From positions 1,314,706 through 1,378,705 of the forward strand of contig CAVYWD010000001.1 of assembly GCA_963772225.1 (NCBI GenBank): a DNA stretch of 64,000 nt, in the 5' to 3' direction. Below are positions 9,434 through 19,118 of this stretch, piece by piece (position 1 is the first letter of the stretch; every line of letters starts with the position of its first letter). A program made the position numbers and the translations under genes. The DNA comes from an uncultured delta proteobacterium. GTDB taxonomy: Bacteria > Myxococcota > Myxococcia > Myxococcales > UBA5297. The notes under the pieces were generated by a model. That model saw only the letters and a program-made list of their open reading frames with translations, searched no databases and had not been told where the DNA came from.

Positions 9434-12400
9434 TCGCGACCTGCCTGACCCTTGGGGCCCTCGCCGGACTCGCGCAAGCCGCCGCGGGCGAGCGCGTCCT
9501 CGCGGACGCCCGCGACGCCTCGGCGTGGAAGGCCCTCTCCTCCGAGCAAGTCGACGCCTCGCTGAAGCGCGACCCCGACGGCAGCCTCTGCCTGGAGTAC
9601 GACTTCCACTCGGTCTCGGGCTACGCGGTCCTGCGCCGGGCCCTGCCGGTCGACTGGCCGCGCGCCTTCGCCGTGCGCCTGCGAATGAAGGGCCGCGGCG
9701 GCGTCAACGACTTCCAGCTCAAGCTCGTGGACGCGAGCGGCGAAAACGTCTGGTGGGTGAACCGCCCCGGCTTCCAGGCGCCGCGCGAGCTCTCGGACCT
9801 GGTCTTCAAGAGCCGGCACTTCGCCTTCGCCTGGGGCCCGGCCGCCGACAAGGCGCTCGCCCGCACCGAGACCCTGGAGCTCACCGCCGCCGCCGGGCGC
9901 GACCGCGGCAAGGGCGCGCTCTGCATCGCCGAGCTGGCGCTCCAGGAGCGCGAGGCCGATCCGCCCACCTGGCCCGAGCCGGTGGCGCAGGCGCGCGGCT
10001 TCTCGGTCACCGTCGATCTCACCCGGCTGCGCGAATTCAACGGCCTGGCGCTGCAGTGGCCCGAGCCGCCGCGACCGGTCGACTACGACGCCCTGGCCTC
10101 GGAGGACGGGCGCCGCTGGAAGATGCTGCGGCGGGTCCGCGGCAGCTCCGGTCCGCTCGACGCGCTCTTCCTCCCCGAGAGCGAGGCCCGCTATCTGGAA
10201 ATCCGCGCGCTGAGCGGGGCGCCGCCTTCGAGCGTCGAGCTGCGCGACAGCCGGCAGTGGCCCGACCTCAACGCCGCCCTCTCGGAGCTCGCGCGCCACG
10301 CGCCGCGCGGCCACGTCCCGCGCGCCTTCCTGGGCGAGCAGAACTACTGGGCGCTGGTGGGCGTGGACGGCGGCGGCGGGCGCTCGGCGCTGTTGAGCGA
10401 GGACGGCGCGCTGGAGGTCGGCCGGGGCGGCTTCAGCGTGGAGCCGGCGGTGCTGGCGGACGGGCGGCTCGTCACCTGGGCCGACGTGCAAATCGCCCAG
10501 TCGCTGCGCGACGGCACCCTGCCCATCCCCCAGGTGCGCTGGAAGGGGAGCGACCTCGCGCTCGACATCGACGCGGCCGCCGACGGCTCTCCCCAAGCGC
10601 CCGAGCTCCTGGCGCGGTACGCGCTGACCAACACCGGCCGTTCACGGCGGGACTTCGCCCTGCTCCTTTCGGTGCGACCCTGGCAGGTGAATCCGCCGCA
10701 GCAGTTCCTCAACACCCCCGGCGGCGCGACCCGCGTCGCGCGGCTCCAGTGGCGGGCGCCGCGGCTCATCGTCAACGGCGACAAGTCGCTCACCTTCGCG
10801 CAAAGCCCCTCCCGCGCCACCGCCCTGCCCCTGTCCGGCGGCGTCGACCTGCGCTCCCTGCGCAGCGCTCCGGCCTTGCGCGACCTCGCGGACGAGCAAG
10901 GCCACGCCTCGGCCATGTTGCGCTGGGAGGTCCGGCTCGAGCCGGGCGAGACCCGCGTCTTTCACTTCACGGCGCCCCTGGGAGCGGGCGGAGCCGGCCC
11001 GGGCCTGAGCGACGCGCGCTCGGTCGACGCGCGCCTGGACGAGGTGGCGGCGCGCTGGCGCAAGCGCCTGAGCAAGGTGGAGCTCACCCTGCCGGCCGCC
11101 TCGCGGACCATCGCAGACGCGCTCCGGACCGCGCACGCGAACATCCTGATGTCGCGCGACGGCGCCGCCCTCGAGCCGGGCACGCGCGCCTACGCGCGCT
11201 CGTGGATCCGCGACGGCGCGATGATGGCCGCGGCCCTGTTGCGCCTGGGCGAGCTCGACGCCGCGCGCGAGTTCGTGGACTGGTTCGCGGGTTACCTCTA
11301 CCCCTCGGGCAAGGTGCCCTGCTGCGTGGACGCGCGCGGCTCCGACCCCGTGGTGGAGAACGACAGCGCCGGCGAGCTCCTCTTCGCGGTGGCCGAGGTG
11401 TGGCGCTACTCCCGCGACCGGGCCTTCCTCGAGCGCCACTGGGCTTCGGTGCAGAGCGTCGTCGCGCACCTCGAGGGCCTGCGCCAGAGCACGCGGACGG
11501 CTCCGTTCAGGGCCGCGAACCCGGCGAACCTCGTCGGGCTCCTCCCTCCTTCCATCAGCCACGAGGGCTACTCCGATAAGCCCGCCTACTCCTACTGGGA
11601 CGACTTCTGGGCCCTGCGCGGCTACAAGGACGCGGTCGCCATCGCCCAGGCGCTGGGGCAGTCGGAGCGGGCCGCGCAGTGGGCGACGTGGCGCGACGAG
11701 CTCGCGGCCGAGCTGGCGCAGTCGCTGGACGCCACCGCGGCGCGCTTCGGCTTGGACGCCCTCGCCGGCGCCGCCGACCGCGGGGACTTCGACCCCACGT
11801 CCTCGACCGCGGCGCTCACCGTGGCCCAGGCGCGCGTCTCGCCCGCGCTGCTCCAGCGCACCTTCGAGCGCTACTGGCAGAGCGCGAAAGACCGCGCCTC
11901 GGGGGCGCGGCCCTGGAAGGACTACACGCCGTACGAGCTGCGCGCGGTGGGGGCACTGGCGCGCCTAGGTCAAGCGCCGCGGGCGCAGGCGCTCTTGGAG
12001 CTCCTCCTGCAGGGCCGGCGGCCCGCGGGCTGGAACCACTGGGCCGAGGTCGTGCTGCCCGACCCGCGCGAGCCGCACTTCCTGGGCGACATGCCGCACG
12101 CCTGGGTCGCCGCCGATTTCGTGAGCTCCACCCTCGACCTCTTCGCCTACGAGCGCGAGGACGACGAGGCGCTCGTCCTGGGCGCGGGCCTGAGCGAGGA
12201 CTGGCTGGCCGCGGGCATCGCCATCGAGAACCTGTCCACCGCGTGCGGCCCGCTCACCTACGCCATCGCGCCCACGGGCGGCGGGCTTCGGGTCGAGCTC
12301 GCTGGCGGCGTGGCGCCGCCCCGGGGCGGGGTTCGCCTCGCGTGGCCCCAGCCCGGCCCGCTGCCGCGGGCGCGGCACGGCGGCACTGAGCTGGCCTGGA

Positions 12401-12474
12401 CCGGCCGCGAGCTCGTCCTCCCGAAAGGCCCCGCAGTCGTCGAGCTGGCCTTCCAGCAGGGGCACCATGATTGA
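9430..12474 (+). CDS. Large (1014 aa) putative glycoside hydrolase: N-terminal galactose-binding/discoidin-like domain plus C-terminal (alpha/alpha)6 barrel with a GH15-like Y..W.RD.A motif.
   Basis: YARSWIRDGAMMAAALLRLG resembles the glucoamylase/glucodextranase region-1 motif; the N-terminal beta-rich region has NDFQLKLVDASGENVWWVNRPG. Start ATG 9430 overlaps the permease stop. The ORF-track N-terminal extension (from 8602) was rejected. Confidence 0.75.
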   Translation: MIATCLTLGALAGLAQAAAGERVLADARDASAWKALSSEQVDASLKRDPDGSLCLEYDFHSVSGYAVLRRALPVDWPRAFAVRLRMKGRGGVNDFQLKLVDASGENVWWVNRPGFQAPRELSDLVFKSRHFAFAWGPAADKALARTETLELTAAAGRDRGKGALCIAELALQEREADPPTWPEPVAQARGFSVTVDLTRLREFNGLALQWPEPPRPVDYDALASEDGRRWKMLRRVRGSSGPLDALFLPESEARYLEIRALSGAPPSSVELRDSRQWPDLNAALSELARHAPRGHVPRAFLGEQNYWALVGVDGGGGRSALLSEDGALEVGRGGFSVEPAVLADGRLVTWADVQIAQSLRDGTLPIPQVRWKGSDLALDIDAAADGSPQAPELLARYALTNTGRSRRDFALLLSVRPWQVNPPQQFLNTPGGATRVARLQWRAPRLIVNGDKSLTFAQSPSRATALPLSGGVDLRSLRSAPALRDLADEQGHASAMLRWEVRLEPGETRVFHFTAPLGAGGAGPGLSDARSVDARLDEVAARWRKRLSKVELTLPAASRTIADALRTAHANILMSRDGAALEPGTRAYARSWIRDGAMMAAALLRLGELDAAREFVDWFAGYLYPSGKVPCCVDARGSDPVVENDSAGELLFAVAEVWRYSRDRAFLERHWASVQSVVAHLEGLRQSTRTAPFRAANPANLVGLLPPSISHEGYSDKPAYSYWDDFWALRGYKDAVAIAQALGQSERAAQWATWRDELAAELAQSLDATAARFGLDALAGAADRGDFDPTSSTAALTVAQARVSPALLQRTFERYWQSAKDRASGARPWKDYTPYELRAVGALARLGQAPRAQALLELLLQGRRPAGWNHWAEVVLPDPREPHFLGDMPHAWVAADFVSSTLDLFAYEREDDEALVLGAGLSEDWLAAGIAIENLSTACGPLTYAIAPTGGGLRVELAGGVAPPRGGVRLAWPQPGPLPRARHGGTELAWTGRELVLPKGPAVVELAFQQGHHD

Positions 12475-15400
12475 CCTCCCCGGAACGACGCCGAACGCCC
12501 CCCGCGCGGAGCCGCTGAGCCTCGCCAACGCCGCGGGCCTGAGCTTCGAGCTCAACCGCGACGGCGGCATCCGCCAAATCCGGTTCGGCGACGACGTGGT
12601 GACCCTGTTCGCGGGCAACGGCATGGAGCCCTCCCCCGCCAACCTCTGGCTGCGCCTGCTTTGCGGCGAAACGGTCGAGGCCGTGCCGCTGCTCGGGCCA
12701 CAGTCGCCGCTGCGCGCGCGGGCGGTGGACGGCGGCTACGCGGCTTCCGGCGAATGGCGCGGCCTCTCCATCGAGCTCTTCCTGGCGCTCGCCGCGGACA
12801 GGCCCGCCTGGCGCTGGCTCGTCCACCTCGAGAACCGGTCGACGCAGGCGCTCTGCGTCGACCTCCTCTACGGCCAAGACCTGGCGCTCTCGAGCGACGG
12901 CGCCGCGCGCCTGAACGAGTACTACGTCAGCCAATACCTGGACCTGAGCGCCTGGGAGCACCCGCGGTGCGGCTTCGTGGTGGCCGCGCGGCAGAACCTC
13001 GCGCAGGGCGGCCGGCACCCGTGGGCGGTGGTCGGCTCGCTCCGGCGCGGCGTCTTATTCGCCACCGACGGCCTGCAGCTCTTCGGGCTGTCGCCGAGGA
13101 TGGGAGGCCTGCCCCAAGGCGTCTCGAGCGGGCTGGCGCGGCAGCGGCTGCAGCACGAGCACGCCCTCGCCGCGGTGCAGGACGAGGCCGCGTCGCTCGC
13201 GCCCGGCGCGCATTGGAGCGGCGGCTTCTTCGCGGCGCTGCAGGCGGACCACCCGCTCGCCACGTCGGCGCAGGACCTCGCCGCGGTGGATGAGGCGCTC
13301 TCGTGGGCACAGTCGCTCCCCGCGCCACCCATGGGCCCGCTCGAGGAGGACGCCGATGCGCCCCGCGGCACGCTCTTCTCTTCGGCCAAAGGCCTCCAAA
13401 GCGTCGCCTTGAGCGAGGCCGAGCTGAGGCAGCTCTTCGGCCCGAAGTGGCGCCACGAGGAGCGCGAGGGCGGCGAGCTCCTCTCGTTCTTCTGCGGCGA
13501 CGCCCACGTGGTGCTCGCCGCCAAAGAGGCGCGGACGCAGCGCCCGCACGGCCACCTGCTGCGGACGGGGCAGGCCCGCGTGCCCGACGAGTCCTCGCTC
13601 GCGTCCACGGCGTGGATGGCGGGCGTCTTCCACTCCATGGTCACGCAGGGCCACGTGAGCCTCAACCGCTTCCTGTCGACCCAGCGCAGCTGGCTGGGGC
13701 TCTTCCGCTCTCACGGCCTGCGCCTGTTCGCGCGCGTGGGCGAGCGCTGGCAGCTCCTGGGCGTGCCCTCGGCCTTCGAGATGCGCCCCCACGCCTGCCG
13801 CTGGCTCTACCGGCACGCCCGCGGCCTGCTGGAGGTCGTGAGCGCCGCCCAGGCCGAGAGGAGCTCGCTCAGCCTGCGCGCGCGGGTCCTCGAGGGCCCG
13901 GACGTGGCCTTCTTGGCGACGCTGCACCTCGCCCTGGGCGGGGACGACGGGCGCGCCGGCGCGGCCGTCCCCTGGCGCCTCGACGGCAACGAGGTCTTCG
14001 TCGCGGCCCCGGAGGGGAGCCCGCTGCGGGCGCGGTTTTCCGGCGGCGGCTTCGCCGTGGCTCTGCTCGAGGGCGCCAAGCTCGTCCGGGCGCATGGCGA
14101 CGCGCGACTGTTCGCCGACGGCCAGCCGCGCGGCCTGCCCTACCTGTGCCTGGAGAGCGAGCCCTGCGCCGTCTTGAGCCTGGAGCTGCACGGGAGGCTG
14201 GTGCCCGAAGCGCCCGAGCCGCCCGCGCCCATCGCGCTGCCTTCGCTCCAACCGCCGGGCGACGGCGAGGCCTCGCGCGAGGTGAGCCGGCTACAAGAGA
14301 TGCTGCCCTGGCTCCTGGGCAATGCGCTCGCGCACTACCTCTCGCCGCGCGGGCTGGAGCAGTACTCCGGCGGCGGCTGGGGCACGCGCGACGTCTGCCA
14401 GGGCCCTTCGGAGATGCTGCTCGCGCTCGACTGCCCCGAGGCCGCCCGCGATCTGCTGCTGCGCGTCTTCGGCGCGCAGAGCGCCGGCGGCGACTGGCCG
14501 CAGTGGTTCCAATTCTTCGAGCGCGAGCGCGACCTCCGGGCGACCGACTCGCACGGCGACGTCGTCTTCTGGCCTCTGCTCGCGGCGGCGCGCTACGTCC
14601 TCGGCGCGGGCGACGCCTCGCTCTTCGACGCCGAGGCGCCGTTCTACCAAGGGCCCGGAGCCGCGGCCGCGCCCGCGCCCATCCTGGAGCACGTCGAGCG
14701 CGCCCTGGCAATCATCGCGCGGCGGCGCGTGGCCGGCACGGCGCTCGCGGCCTACGGCCACGGCGACTGGAACGACTCGCTGCAGCCCGCGGACCCAGCC
14801 CTGCGCGACAGCCTGTGCAGCGCCTGGACTGTCACGCTGCACCATCAGACGCTGGTCGTCCTGGCCAAGGCGCTGCGCTTCGCCGGTCGCCCGGAGCGCG
14901 CCGCCGCGCTGGAGGCCGAGGTCGAAGGCGTCCGGCGCGACTTTCGCCGGCACCTCATGGCCGACGGCGTCATCGCCGGCTACGGCATCTTCGATGGCGG
15001 CGGAGCGCCCGAGCTCCTGCTCCACCCGCGCGACCGCCGGACGGGCCTGCGCTACAGCCTGCTGCCGATGGTGCACGCCGTGTTGGAGAACCTGTGCACG
15101 AAGGAGGAGGCGGCGGCGCACCTGCGGATCATGCGCGAGCACCTCTGGGGCCCCGACGGCGCGCGCCTGTTCGACCGGCCCCTGCCCTACCGCGGAGGAC
15201 CAGAGCGCCTGTTCCAGCGCGCCGAGAGCAGCGCCTTCTTCGGCCGCGAGATCGGCCTGCTCTACACCCACGCGCACCTGCGGTACGCGCAGATGCAGGC
15301 GCACGTGGGCGACGCGCGGGGGCTGCTGCGCTCGCTCGCGCTGGCGCACCCTATCCAGCTGCGCGAGCGCCTGCCGCAGGCGGGCCTCCGCCAGGCGAAC

Positions 15401-15844
15401 TGCTACTTCTCCAGCTCCGATGCCGCGTTTCGCGACCGCGTCCAGGCGCAGGAAGAATACGGGCGGGTGGCCGCGGGGACCGTCGGCCTCGACGGCGGTT
15501 GGCGCGTCTACTCCAGCGGGCCGGGCATCGCGCTCTCGGTCATCGCGACCGGCCTGCTGGGTGTGCGCCGCGAGGGCGAAGCGCTGATCGTCGACCCGGT
15601 GATCGCGCCGGAGCTGAGCGGGTTGCGGGCCGTGGTGACGGCGCTCGGCCGCAGAATTCAGGTGGAATACCGGGTCCGTGAAACCGGGTGCTCGCCGTGG
15701 CGCATCGCCCTCAACGGTCGGGAGCTACCATTCACCCGCATGGACAATCCGTACCGGGCCGGCGGCGCCGCCCTCGCGCTCGACCTCTTCGCCGCACATC
15801 GACGCGCGGGAGACTTGGACGTCCTGCAGGTAGATTTGGGCTGA
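12467..15844 (+). CDS. GH94-family glycoside phosphorylase (1125 aa); candidate 1,2-beta-oligoglucan phosphorylase-like enzyme.
   Basis: The catalytic-region motif YGHGDWNDSLQP (GDWND) is characteristic of GH94 (cellobiose / beta-1,2-oligoglucan phosphorylases). Its size matches long GH94 members. Confidence 0.75.
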   Translation: MIDLPGTTPNAPRAEPLSLANAAGLSFELNRDGGIRQIRFGDDVVTLFAGNGMEPSPANLWLRLLCGETVEAVPLLGPQSPLRARAVDGGYAASGEWRGLSIELFLALAADRPAWRWLVHLENRSTQALCVDLLYGQDLALSSDGAARLNEYYVSQYLDLSAWEHPRCGFVVAARQNLAQGGRHPWAVVGSLRRGVLFATDGLQLFGLSPRMGGLPQGVSSGLARQRLQHEHALAAVQDEAASLAPGAHWSGGFFAALQADHPLATSAQDLAAVDEALSWAQSLPAPPMGPLEEDADAPRGTLFSSAKGLQSVALSEAELRQLFGPKWRHEEREGGELLSFFCGDAHVVLAAKEARTQRPHGHLLRTGQARVPDESSLASTAWMAGVFHSMVTQGHVSLNRFLSTQRSWLGLFRSHGLRLFARVGERWQLLGVPSAFEMRPHACRWLYRHARGLLEVVSAAQAERSSLSLRARVLEGPDVAFLATLHLALGGDDGRAGAAVPWRLDGNEVFVAAPEGSPLRARFSGGGFAVALLEGAKLVRAHGDARLFADGQPRGLPYLCLESEPCAVLSLELHGRLVPEAPEPPAPIALPSLQPPGDGEASREVSRLQEMLPWLLGNALAHYLSPRGLEQYSGGGWGTRDVCQGPSEMLLALDCPEAARDLLLRVFGAQSAGGDWPQWFQFFERERDLRATDSHGDVVFWPLLAAARYVLGAGDASLFDAEAPFYQGPGAAAAPAPILEHVERALAIIARRRVAGTALAAYGHGDWNDSLQPADPALRDSLCSAWTVTLHHQTLVVLAKALRFAGRPERAAALEAEVEGVRRDFRRHLMADGVIAGYGIFDGGGAPELLLHPRDRRTGLRYSLLPMVHAVLENLCTKEEAAAHLRIMREHLWGPDGARLFDRPLPYRGGPERLFQRAESSAFFGREIGLLYTHAHLRYAQMQAHVGDARGLLRSLALAHPIQLRERLPQAGLRQANCYFSSSDAAFRDRVQAQEEYGRVAAGTVGLDGGWRVYSSGPGIALSVIATGLLGVRREGEALIVDPVIAPELSGLRAVVTALGRRIQVEYRVRETGCSPWRIALNGRELPFTRMDNPYRAGGAALALDLFAAHRRAGDLDVLQVDLG

Positions 15845-15874
15845 CGGCAGCCGCCTGGGGGCCCGGCCGTGACG

Positions 15875-16606
15875 CTACCTGGCGGCCAGCGCCTTCTGCA
15901 GCGCCTTCTCGGCGAGCGCGGCCATGACCTCGTACCCCGCGCGATTCGGGTGGACGCCGTCGTCTCCCAGGTTGGGCTTCAGGCCGCCCAGGGAGTCGGC
16001 CATGGCGGAATAATAGTCGAGATAGATCGCCCCGCTCTTCTGCGCATACTCCCGGAGCAGGCCATTGAGCCGAGCGACCTTCGGCGCCGGGTCGAGCCCC
16101 GGGGCCCAGGGGTAGTCGCGCACCGGCAGCACCGATGCGACGACGGCGCGTATGCCGTGGGCCGCCGCCAGCTCGACCATGGTCTTCAAGTTCGCGAAGG
16201 TCTCTTCCTCGCGGTACGGGCCGGTGTTGCCGGCGATGTCGTTCGTCCCTGCCAGGATGACGACCGCCCGGGGCGCGAGCGCGATGACGTCCTGCCGAAA
16301 GCGCACCAGCATCTGAGACGTCGTCTGCCCGCGGATCCCGCGCCCGAGGTAGGCGCGGCCCGCGAAGAAGTCGGGCGCCACAGCCACCCAACCCTCCGTG
16401 ATGGAATCGCCAAAGAACACGACGCGCCTCTCCGCGCGTTCCGAAATGCCGGCGCGGGCGTTCTCCACGCGGTACCGCTCGAGCTGGGCCCAGTCGGCGC
16501 AGGCCGGCTCCTGGCGCACGGGAGCCGAGGGGGAATTTGCCGGGCCGGCGGCCATCGCGGGACCGGAGCCGAGCGCCGCTAAGACGAGGAGAGCGACCCG
16601 CTTCAT
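15875..16606 (-). CDS. SGNH/GDSL-family lipase/acylhydrolase, secreted.
   Basis: Signal peptide; FFGDSITEGW (GDS block), ...LAGTNDI..., and DGVHPN (catalytic DxxH). Confidence 0.8.
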   Translation of the reverse strand: MKRVALLVLAALGSGPAMAAGPANSPSAPVRQEPACADWAQLERYRVENARAGISERAERRVVFFGDSITEGWVAVAPDFFAGRAYLGRGIRGQTTSQMLVRFRQDVIALAPRAVVILAGTNDIAGNTGPYREEETFANLKTMVELAAAHGIRAVVASVLPVRDYPWAPGLDPAPKVARLNGLLREYAQKSGAIYLDYYSAMADSLGGLKPNLGDDGVHPNRAGYEVMAALAEKALQKALAAR

Positions 16607-16847
16607 CGAGACCTCACAGGGCTTGCACTCGCGTAGAAATCGACCGTATTGATCATGAAGAGGTGAGCCGAATTTTCAACCGATTTGGGCCGCTCTTCGC
16701 CATTGCGACGAGCCCGGCGGGCGCGGCGCCGCTGGGGCCTCTTACGAACCTGCTCAGGCCGGCCGCATCGAATGGCCGAGCGGTCAAGGCAGGTCAAGGC
16801 CTCGCCGAACTTTGGAAGGGCTCGCAACGGCTGGGAGAGGAGACTGC

Positions 16848-17282
16848 ATGGCGCGAAGACCGAGCGCATCGCACCCGCCCGCCCATCGGAAGGGGCGGCA
16901 ACCCGCGGCCGCCCGAGGAGCGTCGGCGATCGACGAGTACCTGGCCGCGCTTTCGGAGGACCGCCGCAAGGCCCTCCAAGCGCTGCGCCAGGTCATCCGC
17001 GCTGCGTTGCCCATGGCGGAGGAGTGCATCAGCTACGGCATTCCGGCGTTTCGCTTCGACGGCAAGGTGGTCGCCGGCTTCGCCGCGACGAAGAAGGGCT
17101 GCTCCTATTTTCCCTTTAGCGGCTCGACCCTTCGCACGCTCGCGCAGGAAGTTGTCGCTTACGAGCAGACGAAGTCCTCGCTGCACTTTTCGGCCGAGGA
17201 GCCCCTCCCGAAGACCCTGGTGCGAAAGCTCTTGCGCGCCCGCCTCGCCGAGCTCCGCCGTGCCCGACGCCCGGGAAAATAG
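16848..17282 (+). CDS. DUF1801 (YdhG-like) domain protein.
   Basis: IDEYLAALSEDRRKALQALRQVIRAALPMAEECISYGIPAFRFDGKVVAGFAA pattern; GGAGAGGAG ribosome-binding site before the ATG. Confidence 0.65.
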   Translation: MARRPSASHPPAHRKGRQPAAARGASAIDEYLAALSEDRRKALQALRQVIRAALPMAEECISYGIPAFRFDGKVVAGFAATKKGCSYFPFSGSTLRTLAQEVVAYEQTKSSLHFSAEEPLPKTLVRKLLRARLAELRRARRPGK

Positions 17283-17586
17283 GCGTGCGCATGTCCCCGC
17301 CGGCGGCGCACACCTCCGCGTCGAGCGGTCGATTGGCCCGCCGGCTTTCGCTCAAGGGCTTCCTGGTCACCGCCGTCGGCGCGACCTTGGCCGCTTTGCG
17401 CTAAAGGCGGCTCTGGCGCTGGCGGCCACCTCAGAGCGCTGGCGACCACCTCGGCCAATGGCAGGAAAGCTCGCGCTCAACCAGGGCATCGGCACAACGC
17501 GCCTTCGACTCCGGCGGTCGCGCGCGCAACGCGACATGGATGGGCAGCGCTCTCTGCGGCGAGGGCCGGGTGACGGGCTCTCGGAG

Positions 17587-18846
17587 TCACTTGCCGCCTG
17601 AGCTGGACGCCCCATATCCCGCGGCGACGATGTTCTCCTGAATGGAGCTCTCGGTCGCGTCCGACGGGTAGCCGGTGACGATGGCCCCTTCGTAGAAGGT
17701 TCCAGCGCTGAGGTTTGTGCCACCGCCAGCAGGACAGCAATCGCCGCCGCTCCCGAGCACGATGGCCCCCTGCTTCTGCATGGGATTGTAATTGTTGGGC
17801 AGCGAGCCCTCGTAGAGGGTGGTGAGGTCGCCGGATTGCGCGTTTCCGCCTTTGAGGGCGAACTTCGTCGTCCCGTTATTCTTGAGCATCGCCGTGACGT
17901 ACGTGCTCGCGAATGCCTTCTGGCTCGGGTTCCAGGCTTGGCTTCCTCCGGGGAAGAGCCCCCATTCGAGGTCTGCCTGGACCCATGGGCCGGAGCCCGA
18001 GCACCCGCCGAACCAGCACTGCTTGCTGAAGTTGATGGCGTCCATGGCGCCGGCCCTGTCGGCTTTTCGAGTGGTCTCGCTGTTTCCATAGTCGAAGCAG
18101 CACCCGTCGTTCACGTGCGTGCCGCTCGTCACCATGTACAGGCCCTCGGGCGCGCTTGCGGTCGGGACGCCCGTCGCGTGGCCGTCCCTCCAATAGCTGT
18201 TGCCGGGATTGATGAAGAGCGAATAGACCCTGTGACCGCTGATGGTCAAAGACTCATTGGTCGCCTTCGCGGGGGTGGCGGACCCGCCGCAGGAGCTTCC
18301 CTGCCCCTGGTATTCGAGGTGATTGCCCTTCCCAGACTGGTCGTAGACGATGGTGATTTCGCACGTCGCACCCGAGCAGAATGCGTCTTGCGTGGCTGCG
18401 TTGGCGAAGCCTCCGGGGCTCAGGACTCCTATCTCCTTGGTGACGCTGTCCGACTTGCGCCGGACCTGGTACAGGTTTCCATTGTAAGAGCCGTAGAGTG
18501 CCCGCACCGTGCTATGGGCTGCGACGCAGGCCGTCCCCCCAGATGCGAAGAGGTCGCAAGGCCCGGGGTTGGCCATCACCGCGCCGCTGTCGCTGGCGCC
18601 TGCATCCCCCGCGTCCACGAAGGCGCCGGCGTCCTCGGGGGCGTTTGCGTCCGCGGGGCTTCCGGCATCGATGGGGACTGCGCCGGCGTCTCTGGCGCTC
18701 GCACCGCCGCCGTTCGCGTCCCTAGAGGCGCCTGCGTCGAGCGACCCTCCGTCGTCGTTGCCAGGGTCGATGCTGCCGATGGGGCACGCCACGAGCGCCG
18801 CGCCGAGCGCGGCCAGCATCGAAGATTTCCGGAGGTTAGATGGCAT
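17587..18846 (-). CDS. Secreted lipoprotein with a GH54-like alpha-L-arabinofuranosidase-B catalytic domain.
   Basis: Lipobox LVAC. The motif VNDGCCFDYGNSE carries the vicinal Cys-Cys characteristic of the AbfB catalytic beta-sandwich. Confidence 0.6.
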   Translation of the reverse strand: MPSNLRKSSMLAALGAALVACPIGSIDPGNDDGGSLDAGASRDANGGGASARDAGAVPIDAGSPADANAPEDAGAFVDAGDAGASDSGAVMANPGPCDLFASGGTACVAAHSTVRALYGSYNGNLYQVRRKSDSVTKEIGVLSPGGFANAATQDAFCSGATCEITIVYDQSGKGNHLEYQGQGSSCGGSATPAKATNESLTISGHRVYSLFINPGNSYWRDGHATGVPTASAPEGLYMVTSGTHVNDGCCFDYGNSETTRKADRAGAMDAINFSKQCWFGGCSGSGPWVQADLEWGLFPGGSQAWNPSQKAFASTYVTAMLKNNGTTKFALKGGNAQSGDLTTLYEGSLPNNYNPMQKQGAIVLGSGGDCCPAGGGTNLSAGTFYEGAIVTGYPSDATESSIQENIVAAGYGASSSGGK

Positions 18847-19118
18847 GGCGGAAGGGAGGCTGGGAGGCCCGAGATTGGGTCACGCCGCCGCGGCGATGCC
18901 CCCCCGCCGAGCGCGAGGGCCTTCCAGCGCGCCGGAAGGAACGGCCGCGGGTTCGGGTCTTCTGACCGCGTTGGGCCGCGGCGCGCCACAAGGGCGCCGC
19001 GGCCGCTCCTTCCACTCTAAGTCATAGCTCTTCCACTCGTCGCTCCACGCGAAAAGGCGGCCCCCTCGAGTTGGGCGACACGCCTGTCCGCGCTTCACGA
19101 CAGACCATCAAGTGGCGA

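Noticed and set aside
13303-15681. 792-aa plus-strand ORF and several long minus-strand ORFs (for example 13055–14251, 14291–15349) inside the GH94 gene
   Set aside because: Alternative frames of a gene with a clear GH94 motif; low-complexity R/A/G/P translations.
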